Below the pieces are notes generated by a model. The model made no database searches, was not told where the DNA came from, and saw only the letters and a list, made by a program, of their open reading frames with translations. Made by a program: the position numbers and the translations under genes. From Lama guanicoe (lineage: Eukaryota): a stretch of 64,000 nt of DNA. Shown one piece after another: positions 1-13,343 of this stretch (position 1 is its first letter; each line of letters begins with the position of its first letter). The stretch spans positions 22,323,280 to 22,387,279 of the forward strand of contig MU054187.1 in the NCBI GenBank assembly GCA_013239625.1, in the 5' to 3' direction.

Positions 1-722
1 CGGCAGTTTCTTACACGACTAAACATACTCTTACCATACAACCCAGCAATCCTCCTCCTCGGTATTTTCCCAAAGGAGCTGAAAATTTATGCCTGATGCA
101 ACAAGCCAAATTTTATAGCAGCTTTATTCAAAATTGCCAACACTTAGAAGCAACCAAGATGCCCTTCAGTAGGTCAACAGACCAATGGCGGTACATCCAG
201 ACAATGGAATATTATTCAGCACTACTAAGTCATGAAAAGACATGGAGGAACCTTAAATGCATGTTATTAAGTGAAACAATAATCTGAAAAGGCTGCAAAC
301 CGTATGATCCCAACTATATGACATTCTGGAAAAAGCAAAATTACGGAAACAATGAAAAGATTAGTAGTTGTCAGGGGTGGTGGAGGGGGAGATGAATGGG
401 CAGAGCACAGAGGATTTTTAGGTCAGTGAAAATACTCTGTATGATATTGTAATGATGGAGATACGTCATTATACATTTATCTAAACCCATACAATGTACA
501 ACACCAAGAGTGAACCCTGAGGTAAATGATGGACTTGGAGTAATTAGGATGTGTTAATATAGGCTCACCCTTGGTACAAATGTACTGTTCTGGTGAGTGA
601 TGTTGATATGGGGAGACTGTGAGTGGGGGTGGGAAATATAGGGAAAATCTCTGTACCTACCTCCCTCTCAGTTTTGTTGCAACCCTAAAACTGCTCTTAA
701 AAAAAAGTCTTAAAAACATAAA
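1..722 (+). mobile_element. Old L1 (L1MC-like) ORF2 end and 3' UTR fragment
   Basis: Typical L1M motifs: 'acaatggaatattattcagc', 'catggaggaaccttaaatgcat', 'atgacattctggaaaa', 'gtacaacaccaagagtgaaccct'; A-rich end near 700-725. Confidence 0.85.
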
Positions 723-2765
723 TAAATGTTGACCAGCTGCTATTCCCTGACGCTTACCTTCGGGATTGAATGATCAAATGGGAAAAACTACTTTTAAGGC
801 TGCACCTTCAGTGAAATAGAAGAAAACTACGCTCTCACATTCCCTCATGGTGCCTGGAAATGAATTATTTCTACCTGCTTTTATTTACATAAAAGTCATC
901 TTTTATTGCTTAAAGCTGAGTGAAAAGCTAAGGGGAAAAGCAGGGCACATACATAAACTCCTTAGTAAATGTTATAAATCTAGGAAGAGCAGGTGGAAAT
1001 TTAAATCGGTATATTTCCTAGAAGGAAACGTACATCTTTACATTCAGGAAGTAGCCCGTGCTGTCCTGGGCTGATGAGGCCATTTTCAGGCAAGACTGCG
1101 GAGAGAGTGATTGTGCATATAAATCAAAAACAGCTGGACACACAGCTAGCCAGCTCCCTCCCGGAGCCACATGGGGAGCATCAGTTGACGTAAGACAGGA
1201 GCAGTTTTAAAATGGGGGGGGGGCAGCAACAAGGAGAGAAGGGATGCTGCTGGAAAAATACAGCAGAAATCAGCAGTCAACAGAGAAAATGACTTTTTTC
1301 AAAATTAGCTCTGGATTGAAGCCAGGAGAATAGCCTGCTTCAGCAGACAACTTACCTGAGGAAAATAAGCAAAAGCAAATACCTTGTGGATGTTGAATGA
1401 ATACTCTTTAAAAATAAATAAAAATACTCGTAAAAAGCATTTTCTTTTTAAGTCAAATTAACGCTTTAACCTTTTCCTTCTAAGTTCTTCTAAGTTTTTC
1501 CTTGTATATTTTCCCAGTAGTGTATACCCATTTGAGCACTAAATTTAATGAGGTGAGAATAGGCTCAGAACAAGAAATTTAATGCTGATTTCAAACCTGA
1601 GTCACAGGCACTAGGGAAGCAACAGGTTTTAACCTCTCGAAGACCAAGATAAGGCAGTATGACTGCTTTTGCTCAACATGAAGGACCCACCATGATAGTG
1701 CAGAACACGTAAGTGTTCTACGTGTAGCTTAAGAAAGCTTAAGAAAGTTCATCTCAAAATCAACAAATGGTTAATGGAAAGAGATTCCCCCACCTCTGGC
1801 ATTCTACGAATGTGGTTGCAGGCACAAAGGAAAAGCTCCTTTTTCACTAACTGGAAACAATGAATGAGTCTGCCTGTTGTACAAAGCTGATGTAAATTGA
1901 CAGTCTTCCTTTTCAAGCTTGTGAAGTGCTAACAACCCTGTTACACGAAGTTTTAGGGACCAAACGATGCTGCCAACTGATGTAAGCCAAAAGCCCGAAT
2001 TTAAGAAAAGGGATTTTTAAGCATTAATTTAAAAAATAAAAAACTGATGGGGATATAAAAATCACACGTATTATTTTAAATGAGAATTTCTCAGCCAGTG
2101 TGTCAAAGCACACAGCTGTGCCTCGTGCGGGTGAGGTGGGTAGGGAGACGCTGATCCCTGCAGTCTTAGGGGGCCCACGGCCTCCGGGCTCCTCTGCCCC
2201 TCCACAGGCTTCCCTGCTGACTTCACATGCCGTGCAAATACTGTTGTTTATCTGCCCACAATGATGTGGAAAGTAAAGGAAGCACTGTTTTAATCAAGCA
2301 AGATAGCAGATGAGTAACCCGTAGGTCCTCTAAAGAAATACCAGCCAGCCAAGCAGGGCCCATTTTTGTCTTTTGATGCCCTCTATGAGCCTCAGAACAT
2401 CTGGGCAGCACAGTTTGGTTTGTATGTGCCTGAGAGCTAGGCATTCTCCACGGTTTCTGGAGCTGGGTCTCTGTCTTACAGCACAAATTCAAAACTCATA
2501 TCAACACAGCATCTCTATAAATAAGTTGACAAATGTGCGTGATCCATTAATTTTTCTACTATAAATCTATCTACTTTAATGGTCCTATCTTGATCTGACA
2601 ATTTTAGTACATTAGGCTAAACATTTCTGTTATATAGCCATCTAAGAAACACGTCTGTATTTCCTCACTATTGTTATCTACCCTAAAAAGACCAAGAAAT
2701 AAGATGGATGATTTAACCTGGATACTGAAATACAGGCATCAAATGGGTACTTAGAATTTCAGAAC

Positions 2766-3353
2766 GATTCAAAAAGACACATGCACTCCAATGTTCACAG
2801 CAGCACTATATACAATATCTAAGACATGGAAGCAACCTAAATGTCCATCAACAGATGACTGGATAAAGATGTTGTTGTATATGTATACAGTGGAATATTA
2901 CTTGGTCATAAAAAGAATAAAATAATGCCATTTGCAGCAGCTTGGATGGACCTGGAGATTATCATACTAAGTGAAGTAAGCTGAAAGAGAAATAAAAATA
3001 CCATATGATAGCACTAATGTGTGGAATCTTAAAAAGAAAAGACAAAAATGAACTATTTACAAAACAGAAGCAGACTCACAGATATAGAAAACAAACTTAT
3101 GGTTACCAGGGGGGACAAGGAGGTGGGAAGGGATAAATTGGGAGTTTGGGATATGCAGATACTAACTACCATATATAAAATAGATAAACAACAAGTTTCT
3201 ACTGTATAGCACAGGGAACTCTATTCAGTATCTTACAGTAACCTATAATGAAAAAGAATATGGAAAAAATGCATGTATATGTATGACTGAAACATTAAGC
3301 TATACACCAGAAATTGACATAAAATTGTGAACTGACTATATTTCATTAAAAAA
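2766..3353 (+). mobile_element. 5'-truncated lineage-type L1 3' end
   Basis: L1 3' sequence ('aagacacatgcactccaatgttcacagcagcacta', 'aaataatgccatttgcagca'), A tail, and perfect 13-bp TSD AGAATTTCAGAAC at 2753-2765 and 3354-3366. Confidence 0.92.
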
Positions 3354-3444
3354 AGAATTTCAGAACTAGAATGGACACTAGTTTTCTAGAATGGACACTA
3401 GTCAGAAGAGCTAAGAGCAGAGGAGTCAAAACAAGGTCACTTCC

Positions 3445-3447
<3 letters not shown>

Positions 3448-3483
<36 letters not shown>

Positions 3484-3484
3484 A
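3448..3484. repeat. (CA)n microsatellite
   Basis: Directly visible CA run. Confidence 0.95.
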
Positions 3485-4800
3485 GAGACATATATATATT
3501 CTCATTTCTTAGTGATGGTTTCATTTTTTAATGTTCTCTTTAAGTTATTACCTCCAGTTTAAGACTAAGGTCCTTTTCTGGTACAAATATATTCTGTGAA
3601 AAATGACAGAAACCCTATCACACTAGTTTAAAATACAAAAAGGAAACTTGCTATCTCACGTCTTTGGGAACTGGAAGAACTGATGACACTGGACCCAGGG
3701 CTTCAAAGATTTCATCATTATAACAGTCTGTCTTCCTCATGTCGTGTCAGAGACGACCAGCAGCAGCCCAGAGTCACATTCTACCAGCTACCCAGCCCAG
3801 CGGAGAGTGTCCTTCTTGTCCAATAACAACAAATGCTCTGGATTTGACAGCTACCGGCCTGGCAAGGCATTTCATGCAAATCTTCGCAATTATAGTATTT
3901 CTTATTCTGCTAATACTTGAGAAATCAGGAAGAACTTCTAAAATATGTTAATTTACTCTTATAAATTATGGAAACAGTAGAAACATTACCTACTTTATTT
4001 AATCACTTAAATCATTTAATTACTGAAACACTGAGCCTTTACTGCGGACCAGCCCATACCATGCTCAGGGTAATTTTGAAAGTCATTTTGCCATTGTTCA
4101 ATGCTGAGTGCCAAGCACATAAAGTTGTTTGTAATGCTAGTTAGCACAGTTTTGTTTATTAAGGTTTTAAATTTAAAATGTGAGTAATCAAGCTGTATCA
4201 TGACATCTTAATCTCCCTCGCCAATCATATACAATCCAGCAATAAATTTTCCCAATTCTGCCAATAAAAATATTTTTTAATCCACCACCTAAATCCAATC
4301 CTTCAGCATCTTTTGTGTAGATGAGGTTCATAAACCTCTCACTGGTCTCTAGTCTGTCATTATCCCTACTACAACTGAGAGCTTTTAAAAATCTAAGACT
4401 TTATCATCCATTTATTTTAAACTCTTCCATGGTTTCCCATTGCATTTGAAATAAAATCAAAACTTTACTATGACCTATAAGCCAGAAAGGATTTGCTATC
4501 TTTCCATTGTCTTCTCCCATTGGCTTTTTTCTGTCCACTACCCCCTTCTCACTGGCCTTTCAGATTTCCAATACCCTGCCAAACTTGTTCCCATTTGGGG
4601 TCTACCATGTTCTTCTCTCTACATGCAATCTTTCCCCACTGGATTCTCACTTGGCTGACCCTTTCCTTCAGGTGTTAGCAAGATCACTTTGCCATGTTGT
4701 CCAACTCCAAGTGGGCACCTCTCATATTTATGGAATTGAGCAAACCAACAGTACGCAACAATCATGCGTGGTCAGCTTCTCAAAGACTTCCTCCAACCTT

Positions 4801-5095
4801 TCTTTGTTAATTTTTTATTGACGTGTAGTTGATTTATAGTGTTGGTTGCAGGTGTGCAGCAAAGTGATTCAGTCATACATATACATACATATATATTTTC
4901 TTTTCAGATTTTTTCCATTATATGTTATTACAAGAAATTGAATATAGTTCCCTGTGCTATACAGTAGGGTCTTGTTGTTTCTCTGTTTTATATATAGTAG
5001 TGTGTAGCTGTTAATCCCATACTTTTAATTTACCCCTCCCACCCTTTCCCCTGTGGTAGCCATAGTTTGTTGTCTACGTCCATGAGTCTGTTTTT
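4801..5095 (-). mobile_element. Short L1 3' end
   Basis: Reverse complement of the same L1 3' UTR; 17-bp TSD agacttcctccaacctt (4784-4800) / agacgtcctccaatctt (5096-5112) with 2 mismatches. Confidence 0.88.
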
Positions 5096-5420
5096 AGACG
5101 TCCTCCAATCTTAAGGAAGTACCTTGTATTGCCTCTCTGAAGGCATCCTGTTCTTTACCTCCTAGATTTTACAATTTGCAGCCATCAATGTATCTGTTTG
5201 TTTTGTAATGTTGGTCTTCCCCATCCAACTACTCTCTGTGAGAGTAGGAAATTTATTATTTTCATCATTGCTGTATACTCAATATTTGGCCGAGACCCTA
5301 GCATATGGCAGCATTGAATAGATATTTGTTTAATGAATGAAGGAGCAAATTCTTCCACCTGCAAAATCCACAAGTTCAAATCACAGAACTGCTAAAAGAT
5401 AAAGTGAAGTATATTAAGAA

Positions 5421-5742
5421 TGTTAAGTTTGTTTAAGGAAAATCAATTTCAACTGGATCGCTCCCAACTGGAAGTAGTTAGAAATGCTCCACCGACAGGC
5501 GCTAAGGGACGGACTTTTATGGAGAAAAGGAAGAAGCAAAGCAAGGAAATTATTTGATTGTCTGCAGCTTAAGTGCCTGCCTTGTTTGGAAAAGCCTGGT
5601 TCGTTGTTTAGGGTGGGTTGCCCTTCGGTTTGACTTCCTAACCTTGAGGCATTTATAGGCCTCGGCTTTGGTTTGCTTACAAACACTGCTAAGGTATTAG
5701 AACCACTTCAGTCTAACGGCCTCCTTGTGTAATTAATTTCAT
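5421..5742 (-). mobile_element. Solo LTR, probably ERV1 class
   Basis: TG start and near-CA end; candidate 4-bp TSD AGAA (5417-5420, 5743-5746); minus-strand start 'tgaaattaattacacaaggaggccgttagactgaag' resembles ERV1 LTRs as recalled. Confidence 0.6.
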
Positions 5743-7674
5743 AGAAGGGAAAGTCAAAACATAACTAGTTCGGGGATCCATACATTTCCTTTGGGTCACA
5801 GACACTGTCAGTGCCCGGGAAGATAGAAAAGCCAAAGCAACTGCATCTGAAAGCTTGCTACCACCTCACGCAGGGAAAACACAGAAACCTGCCCGAAGGC
5901 AGGGGCCCTGCTGGTTCCCCTGGATGGTACTGCGACCCTCGGCTCATGGCAGGCCTCCGACACATATTTGCTGAACAAGGAAATCCGTATGTGGAGCAAG
6001 CATTGCATCACCACCCACACCTGAGTTTGCAACAAAACGGAGAAACAGTGACCCAGGATCTGCAGCCAGCACCCATCCCCGTTCTTTGCCTGCAGTCACA
6101 TTTGGCACAGCGCTCACAGTCAGAAGCCAAGGCAATGCAATCACACAAACACACTTCGGCCAAGAGCTGCTGAACTAAATGCAGCCTGCTTCCTGCTGTC
6201 TACAAACACAGGTGTCTACAAAAGACAGACTTGAAGGACAGGCAAGTTAACCAGAATAGCTCTATGGTGTTCTCTGAATACCAAGATAAACCCTGCTAAT
6301 GACTCTCAACACGTAACACCCACCTTGCAGTTCACAGGCGTCTAAAACATATAAAGAACTGGCTACTCCTTTATGGAGTGTATTAAAAGAGAAAAAACGT
6401 GAGACTGAATTATCAAGTGAGGTTTACTCTGCCACGCACTGTTTGTTTATTCAACTAATCATGTTATCCTTCTCCTTCAAAGGGTTCAAGGCATGTACAT
6501 AAAAACAGAAGCATAGAATATTCCACTTCAGGGATTAAAATTCACGGGTATATTAAGGGGGAAAAGAGGAATGATACTTAGAAAAAGGAGAGGGATGGAA
6601 GTTATTTCAAACAACTGCAAATGGCATTTAAGTTTGAACTGCGAAGTCCCCGTCATTCCTGACACCAGTGTCTCTCCAGCCACCAGGCACCAAGCCACAC
6701 CCCACCCATCCCATCAAGAACAAAAAGGCTGACTCAGAGAAGCTACTGTCAATTACAGGAGAATCTGAAATCTTTGTAAATGACTGTTTTGGGGGTTTCA
6801 CATTTATTACATACTCTTAGTATGGTCTCCTGATGTCAGGTGGCATTTAGACATCTGTTCGAAACAAACTCTTTTCTTTAGTTAAATGCAGAATTCGGGG
6901 AGGGAGGGCCACTCCACCGTGGACTCCTTCAGATGTGGGTTAAGCAAACTTCGCCCAGATGCAGGCTAAGTCCTGTGAACGCAAGGAGTCTTATGAAACC
7001 TCTGTCCTTATGCAATTCTTTTTCAAGGCGAGGAATGCTGAAAATGTACTCCCCGTTGAATGGCACTGTGATGCCTCCATGACACCCACTTCTTCTAGGC
7101 AGTTAAACAATAAATCTGAGCTGCTAAATGTTTCTCAAATGCATCATTCCAAAAGAGACACTCCTCAAATTAACCAGTTCCATAGTCCTAAGACTTGAGT
7201 TAAACATTGGAAGGCAGACCAAATCCAGCCCAAGGTGAAGGAAGGTGATCAAAGACAAAGATTTCTCGGACATTCTGGTCATGATTTTGCTGCTCTTTCG
7301 ACCATCTGTCTTAAGTCCTTTCCCCAGAACTTCACAGTTCCGGAGAAATATTTTAAGACAAGTCTGTCTTGAAGACTGTTATTTGCTTCTGTAAGCCTAT
7401 GGGTGTTGGCATTTAAAAAATCAAAGTGTTCAGTGATTTCGGAGATGGGCTTCATTCTCCATAGTCACCCTTCAGGAGGGGCCTTCCTGGTGGAGAGGCC
7501 TTTCCTGGTGGAGGTCCTCCCCCTTAACATCATTGCTCCATCCTCCAAAACAGACAGCCTTGACTCTGCGAGGCAGAGCACACCAGACAAGGGCCTCAGA
7601 ACCCCGTGGCTCAATCTTGTGTGGCATCAACAAGCAAACACACTTAGACTCAGAAAGTAATTGGCTAGAGCAGA

Positions 7675-7910
7675 AAAGCTTTTGAGAAAACGAGTCTGAG
7701 AGTCAGGAATTTGAATCTGTCTTCCCTAATTTCCAGAACATTGTGGCCCTAGGCAAGTCACCGAGCTTTAAGAGTATTTACCCATCTGTGGAAAGTGAGA
7801 TAATGATAACTCTTCTTAAGATTGTAATGGGAATCCAGATTGAATAATATGTCTAAACGCTCAGTACACAGGCTGGCACCAAAGAGGAGCTCAGTAATGT
7901 CCTATTCCTA
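7675..7910 (+). mobile_element. MIR SINE remnant
   Basis: Core-like 'ccctaggcaagtcac...catctgtggaaagtgagataatg...ggctggcac...gctcagtaa'. Confidence 0.6.
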
Positions 7911-8897
7911 CCTCCTCTGGACAGACTTGCACTCGAATGACTTGTGCACGTGACTGTCCCACGCACTACATTGAAAGCACCTGGAAAGAGAGAGCCATCT
8001 CATCATTGGCTTTGTGTGCCGTTAGTGCGCAGCACAATGTTTGCCAAAAATAAATCCTCTGTGCTTTTAAAAGAAAATCAAACATTTGCTACTGGATATC
8101 GACAAATACAGATATATGACTAAAATAATTTTATTTATCCCCAGGTTACAGTTGGCTGCTGATTAATTAATTCTAGTAAGTGGGGACCGCCGCCTTCCAC
8201 GTCAACCTGCAGGGCACTGTGTGGTCTCTTGTGTACAGTAATTTCTTCTGTTTCCTGCCTTCCCCAAACTCTGAGAGCCATTCACGTGCTGGGCTTGCGA
8301 TTCCAGTTACTGCTCCCAGCTCCCTCTGCTCTTCCCTCTCCCAGCCCTTTACTGCACCATTTAGCCCGCAGTCACGTCTCCTATTCTGTTTCCTGGGAGT
8401 CATCGCTCCACTTTTTCAATCTCTTCCCCTCCCCAGGCCTCAGCGCAGTCTTAACGATAAATTCTAACAGAACATTAGATAAATACGCCCCGTAACTTCT
8501 TAAACAGACTTCCACGTTGACTATAAACGAACTCTTCTTTGTGGTCTGAGATCCTTTCCTCCATCACCTGCTTTTCCATTTTGTTTTGTTGTCTTGATTT
8601 CTATGCTAAAGATTTGCCCTTTTAAAAAAATATCTATCTGTAGGGTCACAAAGTCCGAGATGAAGAGAGGTCCCAGGGGACCTGGACACCTGCCATCGTG
8701 CCCTTGCCTTGTCCTTAAGGACGGGGGCATCTCCCTGCACCAGGAGGGGTGAGGGCGCCCGCAGAGCGGCCAGCACTGGGATCGTGACCCTCTGCGCCAC
8801 ACGACCCTCTCACCTGCGGCTTCCGGGCACCTCGCACATCAGCACCCACCCAAGTGCAACTACCCTCTCCATGGCCTTCTCTTTGGGTGCTGTTGCA

Positions 8898-9021
8898 TTT
8901 TTTTTCTTTTCTTTTTTCTTAAAGAAAAAAAAAGTTTAATTTTAAATGGAGGTAGTGAGGATTGAACCCAGGACCTCGTGCATGTTAAGCATGCGCTCTA
9001 CCACTGGATATACTGCCACCT
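8898..9021 (-). mobile_element. tRNA-derived camelid-type SINE (Vic-1-like)
   Basis: 'ggaggtagtgaggattgaacccaggacctcgtgcatgttaagcatgcgctctaccact' is the reverse complement of the tRNA-like head (A box and B box), with a T-rich tail. Confidence 0.85.
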
Positions 9022-10969
9022 TCCTTTTTTTTTTTTGTTCAGTGCACCATATAGACTTGTATCTAGGAGTTAAATTTATAGCTGCCACTCTAAAAAATAT
9101 TACTGTTAGAAAGTTAGTATCTTATGTAATAGTTTCAGAACATAAAAAGGCATTAAAAAGGCCAAATAGAATAATAACACTGAATTGCCCGGAGGGCTGT
9201 TAAGCTGGATGAGCCCATCTGCCAGTCTTTGAAACGACTCGTGGCAAGTACAAGTTTCGTGGTTCTATGATTGCTTCTTCGCTAATTTTCTTGCCCCCTC
9301 CCTCACTGTCAGTTACACACAGAAGTTATTTTTTATTACTTTTCTCTAGCTTCTTTCTAGTGAATCTAATTTGCTGTTCACCTGCAGGGAGCAATAAAAC
9401 TGTACTTTCATACCAGTTAGAATTGGGTCTAAAAGAAGAGAAAATGGAGCTCAGGGTAAGCTTTAGTACCTGGGTGTTGTGATGCAGCTTTGAATTCTCA
9501 GTAAGCCCTTTGGCTTGATGGATTATTTTCTATTTCCTGAGAGCTGAGATTACTTTGCTAAATAACCACTGGGTTACGCGAAGGGGTTTTATAATTTTAG
9601 CATTCTTGTTGACAGGAAGCGGTGGAGCAGAAGCAGCAGACCGATATGTCCTCTAAATCAGTGTTAAATCACGCCTCGTGACAAAAGTTAAAGACCTTGG
9701 ATCTTAGAGATGCGGATTGCCAAACTGCATTACAAAGCAAGCCTTTAATTCCCTCTGATTATTGAGTATTCTACTGAGTGTGCGGGTGATAACAAATCAG
9801 GAGGGGATCTTTTCTCCCCAGTGTCCTGCCAACTGTCAGCTTGAACGCTTTGGCTGAGCACATTTCCCCTTTCTGTTTCATCCGGATAAATTTTGCTTTT
9901 TTGGTTTCCTGTCGTATAAGGTTTTATTTACAAAGAGGCCATATTTCCTAACCTCTGGTCTCTGGGCAGAGGGAGTTTCAGGGTGTACTTTCAGGCTAAT
10001 TAGTAAGCAGAGCTGCTCAGTATCAGCCGCCATGTAACGTCAGATATGCCTTCTGTCAGACTGTCATTTTAATTGGCATTGAGGCAAAGTAGACCTAATC
10101 TCTAGGAACAAATTAAGCCAAAATTCTTTACTGACTTGACGTGGCATTTCAAAATTGCAAGCAAAACAGTTAGCTTTTTGAACGAGAAAAATATATTCCT
10201 TTAATGAAAATCTTGAGAATGGGACACTTGAAAAGAAAAAAACAAAACAAAACAAGATTTAAATTGAGGTGATTATGGTTTGTGGGAAAGATGACTGTGT
10301 CTTTGTCTACTTTCGTTTCTGTGAAATCTAATCTCTGAGAGGGCTATAAAATCTGTCTGCTCCAAGAGCTTCTCTGTGTGGGTTTCTGAGAGTGTAATCA
10401 TTAACCCACAGAACAGGGGATCTGCCAATCAAAGTCACAGGCCTTTTATAATTGGCGCTTTGGTTAAGATTCTTGGATTTGAAGCCAAAAGAGAATTGGC
10501 TCCAGCTAATCCAAATGAACTAGGAGAGTGTGTTACAGGGTCACTCAGAAAGTCGAAGGAAGGGCAGTGCAGACCTTGCAGAGGACAGAACTCAGAACAG
10601 GTCCAGTGAAATCATCAGAGCTCGTCGCCCATGAACCTTCTCTCTAGGACACTCGCAGCAGATAACGCAGCTCTGAGCAGCGTCAGTTTCTGCAGCTCTC
10701 CATTCATCGCCAAACGTCTAGGGAGGGAATAACCTACTGGCCCCGTCACAGTTATCATCTCTACCTTTGGATTAACAGCCTCTGCCAAGGATAAAGGGGA
10801 GAGAGCAAAAGGGGAGGGAACACAGTCAAGGTCACTCAGAGAACCATTGTGCACTGGGCAGCAACCCCAGGTCCCATCTACTGCTATTGGTGACATCATA
10901 ATCAAGCTCCAGATTCATGTGGTTGTAAAAAGAACATTGGATTCCCTATGTTTTTGTCTTTACAAATTA

Positions 10970-12015
10970 ATGAATACTTTTAATACTTAATCAAGAACCT
11001 ACAGTGTGCCAGGGACAAGACAAAACTCCAGGTATAAGAAGAAAAGCCCTCGCTCAAGTCAGAGAGGCAGATATACAAGCAATACGATTAGCATCGTTAA
11101 CAGATAAAGTTCAGGCTTGTGCGTATTTAGGAAGTTATCAAAGCTTTGAGGAAAAGAATCAGTCTTCAAATACCTGAAGACGTCTGGGAAAGCTTTCTAG
11201 AGAAAAGAGTATCTGAGCTGTGTGTTAAAGGATAAGTGGAAGTTGGTTATGAGAGAGCGATGGGAGGTATGTGCTATAGAAAAATGTATTTTCAAAGCAT
11301 ATGATACCTACAAAGGGTAGAAATAAGAGACCACATGGCTTATTTGGGAGCTGTGAGTAGTCGGAATTTGGGCATCTGAAGGAGAAGTTGTTAAAAATGA
11401 GTCTGGAAGAAAAGGCACATTCCTGAAGCTTCTATGATACAACTTTAAAGTGAGTGGACCAGATGCTTCAGACAACAGAGAGTAAAGGATTGATGATTTG
11501 GGGGCATAACATGATCAGTGTTGCCTTTAGAAAGACCATTTTGACAGCAGGCGAAAAAGAGCATGAATAAGAGAAGAAGGCCAGTTACACAAAAACTGAA
11601 ATAGAGCAGACAAGGGCGGTGCCGGGGGAGGCAGTCTTCTTTCTCAGACAGCAGGCTAGATGCTGGGGTTGCTAACTGGGAGGAAGAACCGATAAAGAGA
11701 ATGTTGAAACCGTTCTGAGGCCAAGTGCGTACTAAGGTCTGCAGTCAGAAGAGAGAAAAACTAGAGATATTTCTGAGTCAGTGGCATTAGGTAGCCATTC
11801 AAAGTATGGGTATTGATGAGACTTCATATGTAAATTATTTAGCATAAGCACAGACCTCAGGATGGAACCTACAATGAAGGCTGGAGACTACAATGAAGAT
11901 GGACCAAGGGAAAGAAGACAGAGTTGGAAAATCAAGAATAACAGGAAGACGACCAGTAAATAGCAGATATAACAGAAAATAAACAGAGGAAAGGAAAGGG
12001 ATTGTCAAGAAAGAG
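10970..12015 (-). mobile_element. L2 LINE remnant
   Basis: Begins with the reverse complement of the L2 3' end ('aacctacagtgtgccaggg') followed by purine-rich L2-like sequence. Confidence 0.6.
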
Positions 12016-12021
12016 TATTTA

Positions 12022-12536
12022 GTCCATCAACAGATGACCGGATGAAGAAGTTGTGGTATATGTATACAATGGAATACTACTCAGCCATAAAAAAGAATAA
12101 AATAATGCCATTTGCAGCAACATGGATGGACCTGGAGATCGTCCTACCAAGTGTAGTCAGCTAGAAAGAGAAAGAAAAATACCATATAATATCACTTATG
12201 TGTGGAATCTAAAAAAAAAAGACACAAATGAACTTACTTACAAAACAGAAACAGACTCACAGACACAGAAAACAAACTTATGGTTACCAGGGGGGAAGGA
12301 GGTGGGAAGGGATAAATTGGGAGTTCAAGATTTGCATATGCTAACTATTATACATAAAATAGATAAACAACAATTTCTATTGTATAGCATAGGGAACTAT
12401 ATTCAATATCTTGTAGTAACCTATAATAAAAAAATACGAAAAGGAATATATGTATGTATATGTATGACTGAATATTATGCTTTATACCAGAAATTGATAT
12501 AATGTCATAAACTGACTATACTTTAATTTAAAAAAT
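12022..12536 (+). mobile_element. 5'-truncated L1 3' end
   Basis: Closely similar to 2845-3353; explains ORF 12122..12502. Confidence 0.9.
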
Positions 12537-12994
12537 TAGCAAAAATGAATCTTTTATAATAAAATTTCCTGCTTAAGTAAATTCTAGTTGCATTTCAGTC
12601 ATTTATCATTTAAAGTGTTCAATTAATACTGAGAGCACCATGCTTACATGTTTAGGAAAGGAAGCTAAAAGAAAGGTTGAGGATACCAAAAGACCAAGAA
12701 TATGAGTGTAGTCCAGGTGACAGTCTTGTTTCTGTTTGCCCACAGCTGGCTTCTGAAGGAACCGTCCCTGCCTCAAATCTCCACTGTCCTTGTGACCTCA
12801 ATTCCTGGCTGCATTGTTTGGTTCATGAAGGGGCACCTGACTTCCTTCTGTATCGTAGATGAGCTGGTCTGATCAGATTCTTGGAATTTAGACTTGCAGA
12901 GACTGGGTTCATGAAGAGTCAGGGCTAAGACTATGATGGACCGTGTGCGAGCTAAAACTGAGGACGCCAGCCATCCCGAAGACGAGACTGGATG

Positions 12995-13343
12995 ACTTTG
13001 CTGTACCCCTGACACTCACACAATGTTGCAAATCAACTATACTTCCTTTTTTTTTAACAGATGAAAATTAATTAATTAATTAATTTAGATTAATTTAAAA
13101 TTAATTTATTAATTGGAGTTTGAGATTTGCAGATACTAATATAAATAAAATAAACAACAACTTCATACTGTATAGCACAGGGAACTATATTCAATATCTT
13201 ATAGTAACTTATGGTGAAAAAGAATATGAAAACAAATCTATGTATGTTCATGTATGACTGAAGCATTGTGCTATACACCATAAATTGACATGTTATAAAC
13301 GGACTATACTTCAACAAAAAAAATACATATATACATAAAAAAG
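12995..13343 (+). mobile_element. Two tandem L1 3'-terminal fragments with an AT-rich spacer
   Basis: 'cacaatgttgcaaatcaactatacttc' followed by 'ggagtttgagatttgcagatactaa...gactatacttcaac' and an A tail. Confidence 0.75.

Noticed and set aside
3371..3562. His-Thr repeat protein
   Set aside because: It is the translation of the (CA)n microsatellite.
5811..6173. 120-aa ORF
   Set aside because: GTG start, no recognisable domain and no convincing splice context; consistent with a chance ORF.
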